DNA of 64,000 nucleotides from Spironucleus salmonicida (GCF_000497125.1 NC_090598.1:558001-622000); one strand, 5' to 3'; positions 22,917-37,672 are shown, counted from the stretch's first letter. The notes: a model not told the origin generated them from the letters alone. A program made the numbers and translations.

Positions 22917-24497
22917 ATGATTATATTATTATTTTTTACATGCTAAATGCAGTCATCTAGAGTGATACTAAATCCTCTGACCAATAGAGTCATATTGATA
23001 ACAACGCCACAAGTGAATCTAAAACCAAATGAAAAAATAACTTGCTCATCATAAAGTAATTAAACAGCTATTTATGAGGTTTAAATAGGAGTTATTTTAT
23101 TTAGATCTAATTTTCAGTTTTATAATGCATTCTAAAATGCTGATGTTGAACTTTTCCCGTAAAATGGTGCTAAAACTGATGACGCTAAGAAATTTGTGAT
23201 TGCATCCTACTAAATAACATTTCTAGATAATAATTAAATTTAATAAGGAGTAGTTGGATAACTGTTAGAAACATATTATAATTATAATGAATGTATTTAT
23301 AATCCTACAATATAGTTTACAACTTATAAATCAATACTTCCGAAAATTGAAATAAATCCAAACTGTAATGTAAAGAGTACAGGAGATCCTTACTATATAT
23401 CTATTTTAAATGGTGATAAGTTATATACAAAAACAATCGAAAAGGACAAATTTGATTTCACGAAATTGGTACTATAAGGGATGGATTGTGCAAGTGGAAC
23501 AGATGCAGAAAAAAGGTTATGTAAAAATGCTAGCGTCACGATTTCTTCTAGCAACTTTTTAGATTACTAGCTTTACTTGGTAATTCCAAATAAGATTAAA
23601 GCTGAAAATGTGTATATCGATTCATACGGAAAAGAATAAAAGATATCAATTGAAATTCCATTTAACCTAGTATTTAGCATTCAGATATAAGATAGAGTTA
23701 CCGATGGTGATTGTATAAGCTCCTCCTAGCTATCATTTTCTGATAACGTTATTCACATAATTTAAACTAAAAAAACGGATTGCTCATTTTAAGAGTTTTT
23801 CGAAAAATAATATTGGATTGTAGCTCAAGATAATAGAGGGTACACATTCCAAATTTAATTTTATGTGAATACACCTTTTGAGTTAGATGATTATGTTACA
23901 TGCAGTGCGTGGGAGATATCGGATTACGACAGCATGGAGGACTGTTAAAATGCTCTAATGCAAGTATCTGAGCATATAAACCATGTTACATTAAGTGTTA
24001 TCTACAAAGCATATAGCTAAGACAAAACCTACGTTGGTTCTTACATATTTGCCTCGACGATAATACCGGGAGGAGAATGTGATATTGTACTAACAAGCAA
24101 GAGGGTTTGCATAGTATTACCACATACAATATCTACTAGTCGAACATTCGCAACAATTGAAATGAAGATTGGAAAAAGCATTGAAATGTATTAACAGAGA
24201 TAGATTGACATATCAATATTGGATAATTTTTAATATCCATCAGTAGACAATATTTATTGTTTTAATATAGATTTAAAAACATAAATATTAATAGATTAAA
24301 TCAGCTTTCAGCAATATTTTGGGTTAGTGTATATTCTTGGGAGCTAGTATTAGATTGAGAATATAAATCCTCTTATTTAAGCTGATATATTTTGGTAAGG
24401 ATGGTTATTTTTAGTTTCGGGTCTTTTTGTCTAAACAGCATGGGTCATATTAAAAAGTATCTGCAAAAGAAAAAAGTAATTAAAATATGAGCATTGA
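22917..24497 (+). CDS. Putative type I surface membrane protein, 526 aa
   Basis: Hydrophobic start MIILLFFTC; C-terminal TM followed by KRKK; frame spot-checked only. Confidence 0.75.
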
Positions 24498-25043
24498 AAA
24501 TTACAATAAAAATTATTTTTTAAAGTGTATACCTAATTTTTCGCTAAATTATTACAATTACTGTTCAGGTAATATTAGTCAATTGTTAATCAATAATAAA
24601 TAATTAAATTTTGTCCACAATCAGTGATATATCTATTTTAAAATACTAAATAATTTATACATACGTAGCTAGAATAATAAAAGAAGGTTTAGTATTTCCA
24701 CTTGTATTATTAAAATTATAAAGTTAGATTACAGTTTTTGTAGTGGTCATAATAAGGACTTTATTGAACATCTTTTCCCACTAAATATTTATTGAAAGTG
24801 TACTATTTTTAACTAAATTAACAATCAGATTATATTCTTAAATTTAAAAAGAAATAATCAAATAGATAAATATTACGAATGATTGCATATAGAAGCAAAT
24901 AAGATAGGGTATAATTATGCAATATTTGATTTATTTAAAATTTTAGACTATTTGATTGTAGAAATATAAATATTAAAAGTAAATTACTGAGATACTCAAA
25001 TAATATAATTGATATTTAAATTTCAAGTTATTATTAGTCGAAT

Positions 25044-26684
25044 TCATTGTAAACATCCTATAAATACTAGATTAACGTTAAATTTTCACACGGTAACTCA
25101 TCCTCTCCATGCAGAAAATACTATATTCCAGCGATCCTACCATTCAAATTATCCAACTACACCAACAATTTTCCCCATATCATCTGCATTCTTCTATAAC
25201 TATTTACCATACTTGATAAAATTTTCTATTTCAGCTTCATTTAAGTTTCCTACACCTTCTTTTAAAATCTTCATCCAACATATATCCCAAAATATCTAGT
25301 CTTTCTTTAACATGTCGATCCTTTTTCGATCAAATCCTCGAATAACATTTTCTAACTTTCCTTAATCCTATTCAGCAGTAACCAATATTCCCTAAAGAAG
25401 TGAAATTTATGCTATTTAATTAGATTTTTTATTACCTAGTTTAGCTTAAAAATCCCAAAAAAATCCTCTTACTGCATTTAAATTAGGAGCAGAAACTATT
25501 AGAAATTTAATAATCTCTACAAAAATAGGAGTAAAAGGTGAGATCTAGATATGAGTGAAAAGAAGTGAAAAGTAGTTTTAGAATTGAGTCTTATTTTCTT
25601 ATGATATGATATTTTAAAATCTAGAAAATAAAACGGAATTAGATATTTTTTGCTCATTAAATTCTTGAAGTGATGCATTTAAATAAATAACTGGATTTAT
25701 AACTTCAACTGTGGCATTTTTATCATTTTTTGATAAAATAAATTTTTACAAATCCATATTCACATAATCGTATTCACACTAAACTCGTAGGCCTTGTTTT
25801 GTTGCTGATTTTCGTATATTTTGATACTCAGTTTCTAAAATTGATAAAAATGACTATTTAAATAGGCTAATTTGTTTTTAGACTAACATATCATTTAAAA
25901 TTTGAACCCGAACCAGATCTATTATATCTACATACGTTTATTTCTCTATAATTTTTAGAACCTTTTTAACCAATTTATCGTTTTGAATTTATACTGAAGC
26001 GATTCGAACAGAATTCATAATTTATAAAAGATGTTGATTTTCAAGCAGATTAATTAAAATTTCTACTGGAAAACATCGCCAATGTGTACAAAATGATAAA
26101 AATTCTAGCATATTCAATGAAGGAGTAGACAATTAAAATTATATAAATGATTTTAGCATATTATTATAATTGCTTCTAGTTAGACTTACATAAAGTTAGT
26201 ATGTGAAAACTGCTAAAACTGCTGTAAGATTCTGATTTTAGTCAAAGGATAAAATAAAATCAAGAAGTGGTTAGTATAAATCTAGTGCTTAGAATTTTGT
26301 AAAAATTTATGCAGTTTCTGGAATATTAGACTCAGATAGACGGTTTAAAGCTTTAATTAGTTAGTTATAAGCATCTTTAGGAAGAGTAGAAGAATTTGGT
26401 TAATCAATTTAAAGGATAATTGGTGATACCTTTTGTGGCGGTTCAGCTATATGAAAATTAATTTATTCTGATTCTTGAAGTTCCTCTTCTTTCTCATATT
26501 TTTCTTCAACTGCTTATTTAGAGAAAAACTCATCGTCATCGATCATATTAATATCATCATTGTCAGCATTAAATATATCATCAATACCAAGAAATTTAAG
26601 AGCATCATCAACCGATTTCTTATTAGACAACAACATTTCGTCCATTTCTTGTTCGGCATACAGTTATTTAGACTTTTATTTCAT
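25044..26684 (-). CDS. Hypothetical protein with acidic N-terminus, 546 aa
   Basis: ATG after TCACTT; in-frame TGA at 25044. Confidence 0.75.
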
Positions 26685-27065
26685 TTAGAAGTGAAAATGG
26701 CTTATAAATTATTATTATTCATATTTTTTATATAATAATAAATATCATAATATTTATTTTTCTAAATGAAGAGAGTAAATGAGCTTTATAGCTTGTTAGT
26801 AAAATATATAATAACAGTTAGACTTATATAAATATTTACATAATTACTCGAATTCTAAATTTAATATAAATCTGAATTTTAGTTATGCCTATATAGCAAG
26901 CATTATTATTACTATTACGATTATTTATAATATTATTTTTAAAAATTGTAATATTATTGAAAATATTTTACATAATATCATAGTTAAGAAATATATTAAG
27001 TATTTAAACAAATTTTAACATAATTATATATATTTATTAAAACCGCGCATTTTGTTTTTATATAA

Positions 27066-27551
27066 ATGAATTAACCAGATTCTTAGTGTGTAAATACAAA
27101 CATGCACGAACTTATATCATAGTTTTAAGATACAGAAACTCCAGAGAATGAAATGTTGAATAACTCCTTAATAGATTTCTAAGAAACTGTAGTTTCCTCA
27201 TTTTCAGCTTTGAGTAAAAAGTTTGATCATGAGCGATCTATATTGACTTAAAATACAGCAAATGCAAATTAAGTTGCTCAATAGGTAAGTTTATTATAAA
27301 CAACTATTCATAATTATCTCAATAATACTGTGACGGATTCTACTAAAGCTAAACTATAATAATTGGAGAATTAAAACAATAAGCTTGGTGATAAATTAGA
27401 TCATTTGGAGATTTTGTTATTAAAGGCACGAGTACTACCAGTAAAGCTGGCAGAAGCGTATTTGCGTGAAGATTGGGCGGAAATAGAAAAATATTAAGGT
27501 GTATTTTCAGATGTTGAGTTGGAAATTCAAGACCTTGAGGATAAGATGTGA
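27066..27551 (+). CDS. Hypothetical coiled-coil protein, 161 aa
   Basis: Fully read open frame under the Gln code. Confidence 0.75.
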
Positions 27552-27607
27552 TATTTTAACATAATAGTCTACTGAATATTAGCAAATACACAAAACTCAA
27601 AGATCAT

Positions 27608-28186
27608 TCATTTTTACTAATTCTTCAACATTTTCTATAAAGTAGCTATCTGCTTCTTTGCGTCAATACTTTGCTGCATCAATATCTTATTTTTTTCTAC
27701 CAGTGCCCCTTTTTCAGTAATTAACTACTGGATCCGCTCGTATTGTTTTTCCACCTCTTTTTACAGTGAGTTTTGCTCTATCTGGCTGCTCATAAGCGCA
27801 CTAGACTGCACTGATTGGCTCAGACTCTTATTTTGCTGTTATATGAGGTTTAATTATTTATTTTATGATTCGATAATCTGCGCCTAAGAAACTAGTTGCT
27901 TCTTGGCGGTTTTATTTTCTTGAGATTCCTATTTAAGGCTGCTCTGCAGCATTACAAGCTGATCATTTATCACCTTTGGATTGCATTGCTAAAGTTAGGA
28001 CTATAAATATTAGTTTTCCAGTTTCAAATCAGTCGCGAACTGCATTTACTGTCTAATTTGCAGAAGCAGTTTTTCATGATCGGACGGTTGAGTTTGCTAT
28101 TTAATGCTGATAGCATCTACAAGTCTTAACTGGCATTCCACTAGCTGTGCTTTAAGCTGCTTGACCAATTGGGCACTATTGTCCAT
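27608..28186 (-). CDS. Hypothetical coiled-coil protein, 192 aa
   Basis: MDNSAQLVKQLKAQLVEC...KMLKNQQK; CATTCC upstream. Confidence 0.75.
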
Positions 28187-28246
28187 TTATTTTTAGGAAT
28201 GGAAGGTTCCTTATTATACGAGTTTTATATATTGATATGTAATTTT

Positions 28247-29080
28247 TCACTTTAGAAAACCAATAAAAACGCCAAAAAGCATAAAAAGCAAGCTAATTAG
28301 CAAAAAACACTCATAATTCGCGCTAATAGTTACTTTTCTTGAATTCTCCACGTTAGTGCTCTAAACAACTTGCGCAGCACTCTTTGTGGCGATAATCTGG
28401 GCCTCTAAAATTGCGATTCTGCTATGCAGAAGGCGCACCTGGTCCTGGCTCCCGCCCAAATTCTCGTTCAGCGATTCGTTTTATTGCGTCATTTTGAGCG
28501 TCTTCGCCCGTTCGACCTGAAGTGAATTTTCAGCATTTTTAAGCTTTTCCTGAAGCTCCAAAATTTCCTTTTCACGCACGTTATTATACGCTAAAACGTC
28601 CCTTTGCACTTGAAAATTATCAGGTGAACTCTTCTGCGAAAATGGCGATTTTTCTTACTAAACAGCTTGAATCTGATCGAATGGAGTGGTTTAAATGATA
28701 TTTGGCTGCTATTCTTTCGAGTTGTAGCCATTTGGAGTGGTTTTTAGCACTGGGCTGTTCTGAACGAACTGCGTGCCGGCAATTTTAGGGGTCTCCCGCT
28801 TCGGCTTCTGCTTCGGCAGATGCTCGTCGCAGATCTTGAGGCAGAGGCCAATTTCCGGCACGTTCGGGCAGTGCCTTTGGAGCTGCAAAAGGAGCTCCTT
28901 CAGGCGCTGGAACTGCGCCAAAAAGTCCTGCTGCTCCTCCAGTTTCGGCACCTCAGACGCCACGAAAAATCGCAAATTCTGGAGCTGCTGCTCGAAAAAG
29001 TCGTAGTTCTTCAGCGCCGTGAATCTTGTTAGGGGCATGTCAAAAAGCGTCGAAATCGCCTGAATGTAGGACAGCTGCAT
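28247..29080 (-). CDS. Tail-anchored coiled-coil membrane protein, 277 aa
   Basis: Extends supplied ORF 28709-29080; ends CFLLISLLFMLFGVFIGFLK. Confidence 0.8.
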
Positions 29081-29142
29081 TTTGAAAATTAATATATTAT
29101 GCTTGAATATGTATAATAATATGAAATAATTTTTTTGTAAAA

Positions 29143-31515
29143 ATGTCGCAGTGCTCGTGCTGTTTGCGGCCGTACCCGCAGGAGTGCTATGTGAAGGTTA
29201 TCGCACCTTAGCTGGAATAGTACGGAAAGGTTTAATAGCAGGCGCTGTAGGAGCATTCTAGCTCGGTCGTGCATTAGCAGATGTAGTCGTCTGAGTTGAT
29301 GTAGCGATGCGATTAGGTAGACATTTCTGTTCGCGAATTATGCTAATTGGTAGAAAGCTGTTAAGTTAAGTAGGCTAAATAGGGAAACAAGCTTAAGAGT
29401 GTTGAAAATGCTGTTAAATCGTAAGCTGATGATCTATGTTAGTAGAATTAATAAATATATATAAAGCTAGATGAAAGTTCTTCAAATTTACTAAATTTAA
29501 GCTCTGGTGTAAAGGATATATATCATAAGGTAGCGTCACTCGAGCATAAACAGCAAAATATTTCATCGAGTGTAGAATCTTTGGTTGCAAGATAAATTAT
29601 TTTTGATAAGAATGTAACTGAAATTTAACTAAAACATTAATAACTGGAAAAATATGTATATGATTAACAATCTTAATAATAATAATTTACATAATAAATT
29701 ATTGAATAATAAACGTCATAAGTTAATATGGTATTATAATAATTTTCATAATAGTTTTAATTATTAGGATAATAATAAGAATAAAATTAAAGAATTATTG
29801 AAAATCTTGTTAATTTAAAGTCAAATAATAATGAAAAAAATAACTAAGAAATGTAAACTTCTATCATTAATTATCCATAATAAATTGCAGATTTCCCTAT
29901 ACCATAGTAAATAAGAGAATCACAAGATGCTAATTCTTAGTAGTTAAGTAATATTGATTCATTGGTCAACTGTTTATCTGTATAAAATTCATCTTAAAAG
30001 TCTTCTAAAAATAGTACACATGATGTTGTTCTGTAGTAAACATAACAAATGAATTAATCTTAGTCTACATAATAGACACAGGTCTTAAATACCTCATTTT
30101 AATAATAAATATAGCCAGAAACTCGTTCCATTTCAACTTCACCGTATATTACAAATAATTAAGAATTTTTATAAAACTAAGGAAATTAATCTCATTAATA
30201 TAGTTCCTCAGGCCCTTTTGATTAAACAGTATCATCATAGACTATTATATATTCACCATAGCCAATAAAATAACGCAATTAGATAGAATCTGTTTAAAAT
30301 AATGTACAGAACAGCATCTATAATTAAACTAGTTAATCAGATAATAATTTTAAATAGGATAACTATAGCTAGAAACCAGATTAAACTATTACATCACCTA
30401 CATAATAGATACTAATTCTAGATTAAAACGCTTATAATTCTTATTTAAATTCTATATAAAAACCACCATAATATCATTCAACCTCACTATAAACATCATA
30501 AATCCCATAGCTTACAGCATATCCACTGACTGCCACGGACGAAGCTTTTAATCGTCTTAATGACGAGTTAGAGTAAAAATTTAAAGCTGTGGAATTGTCT
30601 GATTTTTCATAAGTAAAACACTCAATTTAACTTAAATCAAAGATTAACGATTCTCTGGTATCTTCTATTTAACATCCAATGAGTTAAAATGAAAGATAAT
30701 CATCACAAAGTTAAAATTCAACTGAATTTTATAAAAAGTCATCAAGCTCCGGAGGATCTAATAAAAGCTAAAATTAAATTTAAATATGCGATTTAACATC
30801 TAAAAAGAGTTAAATATCTCTTGCCAATACAACTCCCATGGAAGGTATATTATAAAGTTCATAATCAGCGTAGTAAGTATAAAGATATAAATAAATTGTT
30901 GAGCAGAGAGGATAATTTGGAACACCTGATGGTGTAGTTAGCGAAGTTTTTACTTCAGAAGTTGGCAATTAGTAAAGGGAAAATTAGGCATAATAGTAAA
31001 ATGATAGAGTTTATTCTGGAGGACACGCAGCAAACTATTTTCTACCGAAAGAATAAAGTGTTATCTCTATGATTTAAAACTAAAACCCTTAATCTGTCTC
31101 TTTAAATACATCATAATAGTAATATTAGGTTTCGGCACCACACAATAACTCTATGTTGCCATCGGCAGTCTCTCCAGCTAATGACTATGTGATTAGTTCC
31201 TAACATGAAGTGGAAATACCAACTAAGCCTATGTAAAATGTTTAACATATACCTCCTAATGTTAATTTAGAAGCACTTTTTGAAAATGTGTTATAAAACA
31301 ATAGAGAAAGTATTTCTTCATAAATGGAGGAAATCAACTCACTGACAACACAAGCATTAGCGGTAAGTGCAGGATCAGTGTAGACTGAGAAAAGATCGGC
31401 ATAATAAATTATGCCACTTAAAGAAAAACTACTGGATAAGGTAGATAGTGCATTAGATTACGTAAAGTAACTTAGAAGCGAAGGAAATAGTCTAAATTTC
31501 AGTGGTATGGAGTGA
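29143..31515 (+). CDS. Large Gln-rich coiled-coil/low-complexity protein, 790 aa
   Basis: ATG 29143 and GAG-TGA 31513 in frame; dense in-frame TAA/TAG. Confidence 0.8.
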
Positions 31516-32179
31516 AAATAAATATAATTTCTATATTTATTAATTTTCAATCTTAAATAGTTTTGTTCTAAATTTTACATCTTATACTAACCATACTTAT
31601 TAATATACATTTAATTATAATAATATAATATGTTACAAACCTTTAAAAATACTTGAGTATAATAAAATAAATCGAATAAATTTAGAAAATGAAATTAATT
31701 GTATATGGATATAATATTAAAGTAAAGTAAACCAAATAAAGTATTCATAGGCTTTAGTATAATTTCATACCTAAAAAAATATTAATATTATTGTAAGAAA
31801 CAAAAATTAACATTAATAATATTATTTTTATTAAAAATTTACTAATATAATAACTATATAAGCTAGTACTTATGTTGAATAATATCTAAATTTAGCTGAG
31901 TATGTATCAAATTCTAGTTATATAAAATTAGTATTAAAATCAATTAAAACCATGAATTCTATCTATTTTAAGAATAAATCTCTTATTAATTTCAATTATT
32001 CATATGGCAACCAGATTGCTTAAGAGATACTATACTATGAATTTTATTATAAGAATTATTAACTTTCCTGATCCTTTCACTAAATTATAGAATAAAATAT
32101 GCTTGTTATTTTAATTCCATATTTATTTAGCTTTAAGTTACATTATATTACTTTAATTACACGAACTAACCATATATAA

Positions 32180-32911
32180 TCACTACAACATTCCAAGTTC
32201 ATCAATTAATTTTCTTTATGTAGGCACTTCTCTAAAAAACTCTACCAAGAAGTCACGCTAAGTCAGCTTTGTTTTTTCTTCCTCGCTTAACAAGTTATAA
32301 TATCCCATTTAATATTGAATTTTTCCGTAATCAACAAAGTGCAAATTATCGAAAATTCGAGTTCGCATGACGTCCAAACTGATGAATTTTTTGTAGCTAC
32401 CAGCCCCACTACCACAAATAATAAAACTAACAGGAAAACTGCTGCATTTGACCAATTTGCTGTGCGTAAGGCTGGTAACTTCGCAAAAATCGCTAATTAA
32501 AACCATCATTATTAAATGCTGATTAGGCGATTATTCAGATTGCTCAATTGCATGATCTAAGACGCAATCGAGCGTGGACTCTTGTTTCCCAGAGATCGTT
32601 TTAACGGCATTTTCGACCTCTTCGATAACGCGATATTCGCCTGCAAACATGTAATTTTTGAAGTCTGGGAAGCGCAGGGGGTACACAGCGTCATCGAAGC
32701 GGAAAACGGGGTAGATTTGGTCAGCATCGAAAATGTGTAGAATTGCTGCCAAGTTTTGGATAATTTGCGTGTAAATATGCTACTTCGCGAAATTGTCAAT
32801 TCGGGCGAAATCCAGGTAGAAAACCGACTGGAAATCCTTCGATTTGATCTCCGTCAGAAGCTCCTCGAACGAGCCGTAGTTCATGTTAATTTTGGGCTAT
32901 CCGCAACCCAT
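32180..32911 (-). CDS. Copine/RGLG-type vWA-domain protein, N-acylation motif MGCG, 243 aa
   Basis: FDADQIYPVFRF, LVKCSSFPVSFIICGSG, RIFDNLHFVDY, FFREVPTQ. Confidence 0.85.
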
Positions 32912-33046
32912 TTTAATTTAGTTCATTTATATATATAAATAATATACTATTTTCGGTTTTTTGTTTATAGAATTCTTGGTTTTATCGCTAATATTATGTA
33001 AAATATTGTATATAGTTAAAAAAAGGCTCACAGTAATGACTGTTTT

Positions 33047-33421
33047 TCAGGGCTCTAGGTCGAGTTCGTCGTCATCTTAGTCGTCAATGATTTACTGGAC
33101 CATGAATCTGCTCGATTTCTGGCCGCCCTAGTCTTTGGATTCGGTCGCTTCACTGAAATTGCGGATTGTCTCAATCGAATTCGCCTTGCTCGAATCGAGG
33201 TTTTGGTAGTTCAGGTTTGGCCTAGTTTGGTGCTTCAAGTGGGAGTTGCTGAACTGGTCAGGCTGTTTTCCTGGTGAACACTGCGAGAAATTTCTAATGA
33301 CGTTAATCGAGTCGGCTTTGGACGAATCAAGATTTTCTTGCTAATGAAATCGGCTAATAGGCTTGCTTTCGGGATCAGACTCATCTGTTGAAATTACCAT
33401 AGGCAATTTTTTAGATTTCAT
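33047..33421 (-). CDS. Small hydrophilic protein with a two-copy 17-aa repeat, 124 aa
   Basis: NLDSSKADSINVIRNFS / NLDSSKANSIETIRNFS. Confidence 0.75.
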
Positions 33422-34367
33422 TAATTGTATGAAGTGTAATAATATTAATATATAAGGATATAATATTGTTATTATAAAAGAGAAAATTATGTAAATTAAA
33501 TTATATCTAAAATAAAGTAGAATAAGGATTTAACTTGCGAATAAAATCATGCTATTTAACTCAATAATATCTTGTATTTCTAAAATAAGCGATAGAAGTA
33601 ATTTTAAAATTATATATAGTTATTATATAGGAATTCAATGATTACTTTTATTCACTAGTTTAAGAATATTAACAAATTGAAGTCTTTGGTCTAAGCAAAT
33701 AGGGATAATACATATACGTTATTAATATGATAAAGTAGCATCAGTTAAAATCAACCGGATATAACACTTTTATAAAGTAAATTGTTTTCTAATATATATT
33801 TTTAGTGCATGATTTAATTAAATTATATATACGCTGTATCGTATTTTTCAAATGATTTATTTGCTTATTAGAAATTCGTAAAAAATAATTAAAAAGATGA
33901 TATATTTTATGTATGCAGTGATTAATTTGCATTTAAATTTATCGCAAATTATATATTAGGCGGTATAATCTTTTTATTTAAATTTTAAATTACTGTATAA
34001 TCAATATCGGAAATTAAACTTATAAATAATAACATAATATATAATTACTAGTTTAAAACGTATGCTTTATAAAATATACAAAATATATGAAAATTATATT
34101 ATATTACTACTGATTTATAATATACTATAGTTTTAGGGTAGACTAGAATCTATTATTAGATTCTAAATTTAATGTATATTGTTTTTAAATTTGAGCAATT
34201 CACAATATTTAAAACCACAAATCGATGTACTTATAGTAAGTTAGATAAAAATATACATTAAAACAGTAATTAGATATGAAATTTTTTAGAAGATTTGAAA
34301 AATCAGAAAAATATGTCTATATTGTAGCAAAGGTTAGAATTTTTATTTCTGCTATTCCTTTTTCCAA

Positions 34368-34763
34368 ATGCCGTATAACAAATGGCTACCCGCTGAGAAA
34401 GTTAAACTTATAGAGTTACTACAACTACAGAACAATAGAATAGATTGGGTCTCTATATCACAGTAGATATAAAGATCTCCACGACAATGCTATGATTTCT
34501 ATAGGACTTATCTTAAAAATGAAAAATTACCTATTAGCTGTGGTGATAAATAACATTTGTGGACAGAAGAAGATATTGATATTCTGATTAGAGAAATAAC
34601 ATTAAGAAATAAGTTTGATTTTGAAGGAATATAGAAGGACTTTTTCCCATAACTTAGCCCAAGTCAGCTTAAGGGAAAATGGTACCACCTCTAACGACAA
34701 GGAAAACAGAAGATTAACTAGCTATCATTGATTTTTTAGTAAGTTTGTCAATAGTAGATATGA
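34368..34763 (+). CDS. Two-repeat Myb-like DNA-binding protein, 131 aa
   Basis: NKWLPAEKVKL..IDWVSISQQIQRSPRQCYDFY; WTEEDIDIL..QLKGKW. Confidence 0.9.
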
Positions 34764-35518
34764 ATTAACATTTAAAATATTTATATAATATAATAATAAT
34801 TTATAAAATGATGATTAGATAAAGTCTTCAGAAAATCTGATACATTCCATAGCCATACCTGCCTCTTTTACGGATATATGTGGTATCACAGAATGCTCAT
34901 AGCGTCTACCGAAGTGATACCCTGCTCTAGACGAAGCACATTGTACTTTCTGCAGCAGTCACGGAGAGCATCAAAATCCAGCCAACTAAGTGTTAAAAAC
35001 CCTTTATAGCTTTAGTTTTAGCATGAGGTGACTGTTGCAGTTATCAAACATGATGGGTGTGTAACACCTTATTTTAAAAATTGATCAAAATAACGTGATC
35101 TAGTATGTTGAGGCTACTTATATTTACAGCCCAAATTAAACAGCTTGCCCTAAATTGGAGATACTTAATGTTGCTACAAATTCCAGCTCATTATGCTAGC
35201 GCAAAAAAAGTTTAGAATCGCCTGGTCCGCATTTCGCAACTAATTCCGTTGCCTGAAAGTACAGTTTCTGCTGAAATCATAATTTCAGTTGTCGGTATTT
35301 CAAGATTCAGAATGAGTGCTTTTGCCTTACTGGGAACGCCAAATTAAGAGACTTTCGTATCGTAAAATCAAAATTCGCATGGGCCTTGACGGTGGAACTT
35401 CCAGAAGCTGTCCGGTTGAATTTCGGTGCGATTGCTCCGAGCACCAAAAATTAGCGAAACGGGCCAAGTCCAAGCCATGCTAGAGGGAGTTCACACTCTC
35501 CATGCTCAGCTCCAAAGC

Positions 35519-36535
35519 TCACTGGCTGCTGGCGAGCTCCCCCATCGCCCGCTCCAGCGCGCGCTCCAGGTCGTCCCCTTCCCGGACCGGCCGCCCCAGA
35601 ATGCCCTCGCAGAAGGCCCGTGTGCGGCGCTCCAGCTCCTCCTGCTGCCGCTGGAGGGACTCTCCGCGCTCCTGTTCCTGCCGGATCTGGTGAGCGATGC
35701 GCGCCCTGGCATCTGCCTAGGAGTCGATCACCGCGCGCAGATCCTCGTTTTGGGCGACCTTCGCCTGGACCTCCTCGCAGACAGCGATATGCTCCAGCTG
35801 GCAGCGCTGGATCTGCTCCAGGGCGTGCTGCGTGCCGTTTTCGAGCATGATGGTCCGCACCTTGTCGTATGCCGCAAGCTCATCCATCTGGCGCAGCTAC
35901 GAGGCTGCATTAGTGCGTTCCCGCTCCACTGCGGTCTGGGTGTCCGTCACCTGCCGCGCTAGGACCTGCTGCCTGGCCACGAAGGCCGCGCGGCGTCGCT
36001 GGGCTGAGTGCAGGTCCTGGGCGATGCGGGAGGTCCGCTGTTGCAGCTCCTGGTTCTGGAGCAGTTCGTGCTCATGCTGCGTCTCGAACTCCGCGGACAG
36101 CTGCATGGTCTGCGCACTGGTCGCGGCGAGGGCCTCGATCTGGGTGTTCACGGTTTCCAGGATCGCTGAAGTGGCGCGGTACTCGGCACGCAGCGCCTCC
36201 AGCTCGGCGCACCCCTCCTCGTTTAGGGCCTCCAGACGGGCCTCGACGGCGGTCTCGAGAGCGAAGACCTCGCCCTGCTGGGCCTGGAGGAGGTGCATCT
36301 TCTCCTATACTTCGTATTCGCGCTGCTGATGGAGGATGGTCTGCCCCCGGAGCTGGCGCAGCGTGTCGCCCCGGGTCTGCTGCGGGCCGCCGCTGAGCCG
36401 CTGGATCTCTTGTCGCAGGTGCGCGTTCTAGCCAGCCGCCTGCTGGAGCGCACCTGCCGCGCTGCGGAGGAGGGCGTCTAGCTGCCGTGGGTCGTGCGGG
36501 GTGGGCTTGGTGCTAGCGGATAGGTTGCGCTTCAT
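35519..36535 (-). CDS. Coiled-coil protein, 338 aa (intact copy)
   Basis: MKRNLSASTKP...ELASSQ; open frame. Confidence 0.8.
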
Positions 36536-36891
36536 TCTGCGGTGCGGCGTATATTATATGCTAAGTGGTGTGATCGGCTGGAGGACCCTCGCATGCGTGG
36601 GCTGCCCCGCATACGCAGCCATTTAGCGTTTGAGCCTCTGGATATTTTACGACAAGCCGGCTGGGAATATGTACAGGCTACCGTATAGTATAGATATATT
36701 ATGTGGCGCAGTTTTAGTTTATTTAATCCCGCAGTATATAATACTATACCGCACACAATATTCATTCTACATGCTGCAGATAGAATAGCCAAGTATGTCC
36801 CCTTTTTTACTAGAATGATTAGCATAATCTGCAATGATAAATAAATAATCGCTGAATATAAGATGCGCTATAAGTAGGCCAATCCGAACTT

Positions 36892-37209
36892 ATGAATACG
36901 CCATAAGACCCTGGCTAGGGTTTGCCCCATAGGCGTATCAAACGAGGTAGTCGAAATCCAGAAGGTGCAGGAGTTTCATTCTATCTACGTGCACACATCG
37001 ACTGCAGATGCCTGGTACTCCAGTTCTACCCATGCCACAGATGCGCCGGATGCTGCACAGCTACCTTCCTGGGATTGGGTCTCTGTTGCGTCGCCCACTA
37101 CGGCCCGTAAGATAGACAAGTGCGACGTAAACCTCACTGGACAGCGATGTTATTCAGTGCCCTTCATTATAACTGTTTAACGGTCTGCCAGATGTGTTAC
37201 TGCTGGTGA
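36892..37209 (+). pseudogene. Degenerate paralog of the Cys-rich gene at 43692-44063
   Basis: CHRCAGCCTATFLGLGLCC matches CHKCVGCCTACFPGWGLCC; KIDKCDV lies in a shifted frame. Confidence 0.7.
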
Positions 37210-37246
37210 TCCGATTGTGGGCTTGGTTTAACTATAAAATGCGTAT

Positions 37247-37672
37247 TCACTATCTTCCAAAAATCTTCAAGTCTTATAGATTATCATAAGAATTTTTCCT
37301 TGCATTCTAGGATCTTACAATGGATGAGTATGAAGTGTTTCTCTTGAGACTAGAACGAGAGTTTAATAATCTATTTTACGTAAGTTTATGCGCAGCTTTT
37401 TCTACAGATATCAACTCTTTGTCTGATAATGGTTCGCACTAGTTTTATTGCAAAAATTGGTGAATTTGCTGTGTTTTAAGACGTTGAATCTTTACATTTT
37501 CAAGTTTATTCCGTATGGCCTGTTTCTCGATTTGAATTTCTTATATCGGAAATAGTACCAAGGGGTAGTCGCATGTGAATTTCGAAGTATCAATTTGGTG
37601 TATTTTTTAGATGTTGGCTATAAACTTTGACTCCTAGTTAAACGCATAATCTATTGCAGAGTTTTTCTTCAT
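37247..37672 (-). CDS. Hypothetical protein, 141 aa; paralog of 44097-44534
   Basis: YAFN, KFIA, YPxVxFP and LSDKExxSVEKAA shared with paralog. Confidence 0.85.

Noticed and set aside
34800-35518. Coding-like composition around the IR2 outer junction
   Set aside because: Frames examined are interrupted by TGA or short; no gene model supportable
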